A stretch of DNA of 64,000 bases from positions 1-64,000 of the forward strand of contig CAWGKG010000005.1 in the NCBI GenBank assembly GCA_963823035.1. The letters are read 5' to 3'. Positions 58,514 to 64,000 of this stretch are shown one piece after another. The translations under genes and the position numbers were made by a program. Each line of letters opens with the position of its first letter. Position 1 is the stretch's first letter. Origin of the DNA: an uncultured Gemmatimonadales bacterium. GTDB taxonomy: Bacteria > Gemmatimonadota > Gemmatimonadetes > Longimicrobiales > Gaopeijiaceae. A model generated the notes under the pieces. It did not search any database and was not told the origin of the DNA. It saw only the letters and a program-made list of their open reading frames with translations.

Positions 58514-61500
58514 ATGAGCATCTCCCCGATCACCCGACCCCTTCCGGGCGAGCGCGTCGTCGCGCTGTGGCCGGACGACGGCGCCGCGGCTGCGGCCACC
58601 TGGCTTCGCCGGCCGAACCTCTTCCCCGGTCGCGCCCTCACGGCGCCCACGCTGGACGCGCGCGCCCTCTGGGAGGCGGGACACGTCGCCCAGCGCGGAC
58701 AGGCGTTCACGGCCGGGGTCGTGCGCGGCCTCGGGGTCGACACCTCGATCGGCGAGGTGCCCGAGGGCGGCGGGCGGCCGGCGCTGAGACTGCGCATCGG
58801 GGCCGGGCAGGGGCTGGCGGCGAGCGGGGAGGACGTCGTCCTCCTGCAGGAAGTCGAGGCGGACCTCTGGGGGCTGCCCGTCGTCGCGCCCCCCGGCGTC
58901 TTCGAAGGCGGCGGGTTCGGGGGCGGTGGCGTGCTACAGCCCCGCTCGATCGGCCCTGCGCTCGGTGATCTCCTGGACACGTTCCCCGACGCGCTGCCGC
59001 GCGCGGGGGTGCTGGTGTTGCAGCCCGTCTCGGTCGAGCACGCGGACATCGACCCGGACGACCCGTGCGACCGGTGCGGGTGCGACGGCGCCGTCGGCTT
59101 CGAGGACTGGCGCCGGGCCGATGCGGCGCGCCTGCTCTGGTACGCCTGGCCGGAGGACCGGCTCCCGCTGCCGCCCGGAAACGCGCAGCTCCGCAACCGG
59201 CTGGCCTGGACCGTCTTCGACGCGGAGCGGGCCCTCGAGCCCGGCGCGGTCCTCCCATGGGAGGAGGTCGGCGTGCCGCTCGCCCTGGTCGGCGTCGACG
59301 CCGCCTTCCTCCCACGCTTCACGGACCGCCACGCCGTGGTCCGGCGTGGCGGACGGGGCCGCTACAGCCGCCTCGAGCTCGCCGCAGGGGCGTCGGGACG
59401 CGCGCTGGGAACGAGCGCGCGCCTGCCGGGACTCTGGCAGGCGCAGATCGAACAGCTGGCGGAGCAGGTGGCCGCGCTGGGGAGTCCGCCGCCGGCCCCG
59501 GGCGAGCTGGCCGCGGACTTCGACCGGTTGCCTCCGTGCGGGCTCCTGCCGAGGAACGTGATCGACCTCGGCACGCAGAGCAGCGCCTTCTTCCCGGAAG
59601 CGTTCGACCTGGACGCCGTCCCGGTTCCGGTCGAGCAGCTTGATCTCGCGCTGCGCGAGTGCGCCGGCCTCGCGCCGCTCGCGTTGGCGGGCGGCGAGCG
59701 CGTACGGGTGCTGGTGCCGGTCTCGCAGGCCTCGTGGGAGCCCCGTCTCCTCCTGACCGAGGAGATCGACCCGGAGTTCCAGGCGACGCTGGACCGCTTC
59801 CTCCTCGATCGGGGCCGCACCCTCGGTGGCCGTCAGTCCGTGCGCGTGAAGAGCGCCGTGCTGCTCGATGCCCTTCGCGGGGAGGCACCGCCCGTTCCCG
59901 CGATCGGCGACGACCCGCAGGCCCTCGAGCCGGAGACGCTCGGCGCGTGGGGCCCACCCGCCGCTTCCGGCGGCCACCGCTCGGCGACGCGCGCCGGTGT
60001 GCACGGGCACGCCTTCTCCGGCGCGAGCGCCACCATCACGCCCACCGCCGGTGACGCGCTGTACGCCTGGGTCCACCTCGACGCCGACAACCCTCCGCGC
60101 ACGCTGATGCTGGAGTGGCGGAGCGGGAGGGCGGAGCACCGTGCCTACTGGGGGGAGAACCTCATCGACCGCGGGAGCGACGGCCGCGTCACCCGCCTGC
60201 GCGTGGGCGACCTGCCCGAAGCGGGGCGCTGGCTGCGCCTGGACGTTCCCGCCGCGGTGATGGAATTCGAGGACGCCGCGCTCGACGGGATGGGCTTCGC
60301 GCTCTTCGACGGCCAGGCGGCCTTCGGCCCGAGCGGGAGGCTGAACGACGGCGTCGAGCTCCCCTGGTTCGACGGCACGCCGCCGAAGGGGGCCGAAACG
60401 GGCGGCGACGAGGACTTCGAGCTTCTCACCGCCAACGAGCTGCTCGCGCCCTTCGAGGCACAGTACGGCGTCGTGCCCGCGGATGCGGACGCCGACGTGC
60501 CCGACGGCGTGAGCGAGACGCTCACGGAGTTGGTGGCCGACCCGCGCCTGACCGACCTCCTCTCCGTGAGCGAGCGGGCCCAGCTTCCGGAGCGAGGCGT
60601 GGAGGGGTTCATCGCCTATCTGAGGGCGCGCGCGGACCGGGCCGACGACCTCGTCGACTACGGCTTCCTGAAGGTCCAGACCGACATCTACCGCGTCCGT
60701 CAGCTGGTGCTGGGCACCACCGACGCCACGAGGCTGGCGGTGTCGCCCGCCCTCGCGGGGATCGCCAAGGCCGAGACCGCCGTGGCCTCGCAGGAGAGCA
60801 TCGCCACCTACTTCGACAAGCTGCGCGGCACCAAGGCGGCGACCGCCTCCGGCACCACCGAGGCGTCGCCGGACGCCGGCACGACGTCGGGCGCGGGCGG
60901 CGGCACGCGCGGGAGCTTCTTGTCTCGACAGCGTGGCGCGCATCTCGCAGCCGGTCGTCACGCTGCGCGGTGGGACACCGATCGGGTTCCCCACCGCGGC
61001 CGAGGCCGTACGCGCGCAGACGACCACGGCGCCGCTCGTGCGGGGCTCCACGTACACGCCGGGCGACATCACCAACGCCCCTCCGCTCGTCGGCAACTTC
61101 GACGTGCGCACGCTCAGCATCGTGGAGCGGCTCCAGCTGCCGAAGGCGCAGGAGGCGCGCGACTACTCCACGGCCACCCGGCACGAAGCGGTGCTCGGCC
61201 TCGTGCGCCTCGCCGATCAGCTCACGAAGGAGGACGGGGAGGTGCCCGGGCTGTTCGACGACATCGACGTGTGGGGGCTCACGGGCGACGAGTTCGTGCC
61301 CGGAGGAGACGATCCGGTGGCCGCGCTGCGCCGTCCGCTGCGCGACTTCATCAAGGCGGACGGGCGTGCCACGCTGCTGTCGGCGCTGCTGCGGCCCCCG
61401 CTCCGTGACGCGGCCGACGAGGCGGGGAACTTCTCCGACAGCGCGGACATGGCCGACCGCACCATCGCCCTCCTGCGACAGGTGGAGGGGAGGGTGAAGC

Positions 61501-62815
61501 GCTACCGCGACGCGATCGCGGCGTGCGAGGAGGCCCGCGGCGCGCTCGCGGCCGACCTGTCCGCGCTCGGTACGCGGGAGACCGACTGGGCCGGCCGGCT
61601 CGCGGAGGCGCGTCACGACGTCGCCGTCACACGCGCGCTCATCGCCGAGGAGCAGGCGCGCCTGGACGCGATCAACGAGCGTCGCGCCGCCATCCTCGAG
61701 CGCGAGGTGCGCTTCGTGGCGTACCTCCGTCCGCGCACGACCGAGGACGCTCTTCCGGCGGCCTTCCGCTCGCTGGATCCGGGCCTTCTCGAGGCGCCGG
61801 TGCCCGCCTGCCTCACCGCGCGGGAGGACGCGCCGGAAGAGCTGAGCGACATGCTCGCGGTGGTGCGGGAGGCGCCCGCCGCCTGGTTCCGCCTGCAGAC
61901 GAGCCTGCTCGACGGCCTGGACCGCGTCGACCTCCTGCTCCGAGCCGTGCGGACCGCGCAGGTGCGCACGCAGCTCGCGAGGGCGCAGGCACCCGCGACC
62001 CTGGTCGCGGCGGCCGGTCCGTCGGCCGCGATCGGCAAGGTGCAGACGGCCCAGCGGGCGCGCGTGGACCTGGTGCGCGCAGGGGCGCTGCAGCTCGACG
62101 TCGCGCGCCTCGCCGGGATGAGCTGGCAGGGTGTGCGCACGGAAGCCGCCAAGGTGGTGTCCCTCGGCGACCTCATGGAGGGAGAGCACGGGAAGGGGGC
62201 CGTGAGCCGCGACGCCGCCGCCTTCTTCGAGCGCTTCGGACGCATCTGCGCCTGCCTGCACGCCGGGTTCTCGGGCGTGGCGCCGGCCCTGCGGCTCGAC
62301 TGGGCGGAGACGCTGTCGCAGTTCGACGAGGCGCCCAACCTGCGCAACCTCTCCGCGCTGCCGCGTTGGTCCGAGATCGACTACGCCGTCCGTCGCCGCC
62401 TCCAGGGGCTGGCGGACTGGCTCTTCGACCAGCTCGAACCCGCGCGAGGCCGCGCGCGCAGGCCCTCGTGAGCGACGTGGTGCGCATGTGCCTGCTGCTC
62501 GCGAGCCACGCCCCGGTGGGCCGCATCGTCGCCGGGCGCGTTCCGCGTCCGGTCACCGCCCGCCCGGGCGTGCGCATCCCGCTGGTCGCGCTCGACCCAT
62601 CCCGTCTGCGCGTGGGCATGCAGGCACGGGTCTACCGGGCCGACACGATCGTCGCGCGCGCGGTGGTGGAGGACCTGGGAAGCGCGGAGGCCTCCGCGCG
62701 GGTCACGTACGCTGCGGGCGCCTCCGTCGAGCTGGACGAGAACGTCCGCGTGCACTTCGCCGACGCGGCCGAGCTGGGCTTCGCCGTCGCGACCTCCGCT
62801 TTCGCGCGCGGCTGA
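58514..62815 (+). CDS. Large (~1430 aa) eCIS fibre/cage-type protein 3 (frameshifts near 60923 and 62455)
   Basis: RPNLFPGRALT..GVVRGLGV..IGAGQGLAASGEDV; three overlapping ORFs join into one; coiled-coil at about 61490-61710. Confidence 0.75.
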
Positions 62816-62819
62816 TCCG

Positions 62820-64000
62820 ATGTCGGCCGCCGTTCGGCGTGTCTGCCGCCTGCGCCTCCGCGGAGGGAGCGAGGCGGCGGTGCGCCGCACCGAGCTCGCG
62901 CTGCGGGACGCGATGCGCACGGCGAGCCTGCACGACGAGGGCGGGCGCCTCGTCCTCGTCCGTCGCCTGGCCCTCGGGCCGCTGCGACCCCGGGCCCGCC
63001 CCGAGCACGTGGCGCGTGCGCTCGAGGCGGCCCTCGCCGAGGTCGCGGCCGAGGGCCGGCACGGAGCCGACCCCACGGCCGGTTCCGCCGGCATGGTCTG
63101 GTTCCGCGACGCGCTCGAGGCCCATCTCGCGCTCGCGGGCCGACTCCTGGTCGGCCCCCCACCCCGCGAGTGGTACTGGCCGCTGGTCACTCGCGCGTGG
63201 AAGCCGGGGATGGACCTGGGTGAGGCCCTGCGCGCCCTGACCCACTCGTTGGGATCGCTGCCCGAGGCCCCGGCCGCGCTCCCCGAGTGGTTCGCCGCGC
63301 TCGTGCGGGCCGGCCACGGGCGGAACGTCACCGCGTCGCTCCGGCCCGCCGACGTGCGGTCGCTGGAGGAGGTGTTGGGGTGGTCGCCGCCGCCGGGGGA
63401 GGAGGTCGAGCGCGCCCCCGTCACCGCTCACCGGGAGGTATCGTCCGTGGGGGCACCCTCCCTTCCTGCCGCCCGGGGCGCGTCCCCTGGCGAGCCGGCT
63501 ACCAACGACGCGCGGCGGTTCGTCGCGGCGGTCTTGCGTGCCTCGGCGGCGCAGGACGCCGCGCTTTCTCCCCGTCGGGGATCCGCCCCGTCCGGGTACG
63601 GGGGCGACGCGAAGTCACCGACGGCCGCCGACGGCCCGGTCGGCGCCGCACGCGCGCACCACACGCTACCCGCCGACGACCGCGACGGCGCCTCCCTCGG
63701 AGCGCTCGCGGCCGACGCGCTCCCAACGGCACGGGGCCCCGTGCCGGCCGCGTCGACGGTGTCACCGGGCGCCCACGAGGTCCCGAGCACCGAGGTGGAG
63801 GAGCCGACGGCGTCGCGCTCCGAGGAGGGCGCCGCGCGGTCCCCCGGACCGGACGGTCCGCCACTTCGCGTCATGCCCGCCGCCTGGCCGGGTCTGCGTG
63901 CGACGGAGGCCGGAGGCATCGGTTTCGTGCTCAACATCCTCCTGCGGCTCGGGTACGACGCGTGGCTCGAGCAGGACGCCGACCGGGCGCCGCAGGCGGT
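62820..64000 (+). CDS. Probable CIS tape-measure-like protein (Afp14), runs off window
   Basis: MSAAVRRVCRLRL..LVLVRRLALG.., low-complexity middle, then TEAGGIGFVLNILLRLG; start and end are in the same frame. Confidence 0.6.
   Translation, partial: MSAAVRRVCRLRLRGGSEAAVRRTELALRDAMRTASLHDEGGRLVLVRRLALGPLRPRARPEHVARALEAALAEVAAEGRHGADPTAGSAGMVWFRDALEAHLALAGRLLVGPPPREWYWPLVTRAWKPGMDLGEALRALTHSLGSLPEAPAALPEWFAALVRAGHGRNVTASLRPADVRSLEEVLGWSPPPGEEVERAPVTAHREVSSVGAPSLPAARGASPGEPATNDARRFVAAVLRASAAQDAALSPRRGSAPSGYGGDAKSPTAADGPVGAARAHHTLPADDRDGASLGALAADALPTARGPVPAASTVSPGAHEVPSTEVEEPTASRSEEGAARSPGPDGPPLRVMPAAWPGLRATEAGGIGFVLNILLRLGYDAWLEQDADRAPQA

Larger units (their letters stand above)
39124..64000 (+). 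other. Extracellular contractile injection system (Afp/PVC-like) locus, continues beyond the window
   Basis: Pvc16, 2 sheaths, 2 tubes, tube initiator, gpD, gpV, gp25, baseplate J, tail I, tape-measure-like; no capsid, portal or terminase, no TssJLM. Confidence 0.92.

Noticed and set aside
39124..64000. Prophage or T6SS interpretation
   Set aside because: No capsid, portal, terminase, integrase, TssJLM or ClpV; Pvc16 and tube-initiator genes indicate eCIS.

Overview
Very GC-rich bacterial DNA. The gene repertoire (TPR Ser/Thr kinase with ECF sigma, DUF5916, carboxypeptidase-regulatory-like proteins, cruF carotenoid genes) suggests Gemmatimonadota, but that is inference. At least eight single-base frameshifts in otherwise intact genes point to uncorrected long-read indels. 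Five blocks: (1) 1-5.7 kb, a carotenoid operon (CarH-like B12 photoreceptor, cruF, fused crtE-crtB, crtI) under a near-consensus sigma70 promoter. (2) 5.7-14.4 kb, trmH, a LytS/LytTR pair, DUF5916, an ECF/anti-sigma pair and tRNA-Leu(UAA). (3) 14.4-27 kb, a decayed island downstream of the tRNA, with two IS3 left-end remnants, an IS91/ISCR-like remnant, hsdM and K+ channel scars, an ECF/kinase pair and an Ig-repeat lipoprotein. (4) 27-37.6 kb, nhaR, a MinD-like ATPase pair lacking ferredoxin inserts, a GT4, a collagen-tethered multiheme cytochrome and an S41 peptidase. (5) 37.9-64 kb, a sigma54 activator and sigma54 promoter in front of an atypical extracellular contractile injection system (eCIS, Afp/PVC-like) that runs off the window. 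The most unusual eCIS features are a split, circularly permuted PKD-like 'initiator-extender-cap' gene trio, a candidate membrane anchor between the spike and gp25 genes with no PAAR visible, and three paralogous fibre/cage-type genes. All family assignments are by eye from remembered motifs, not database searches.
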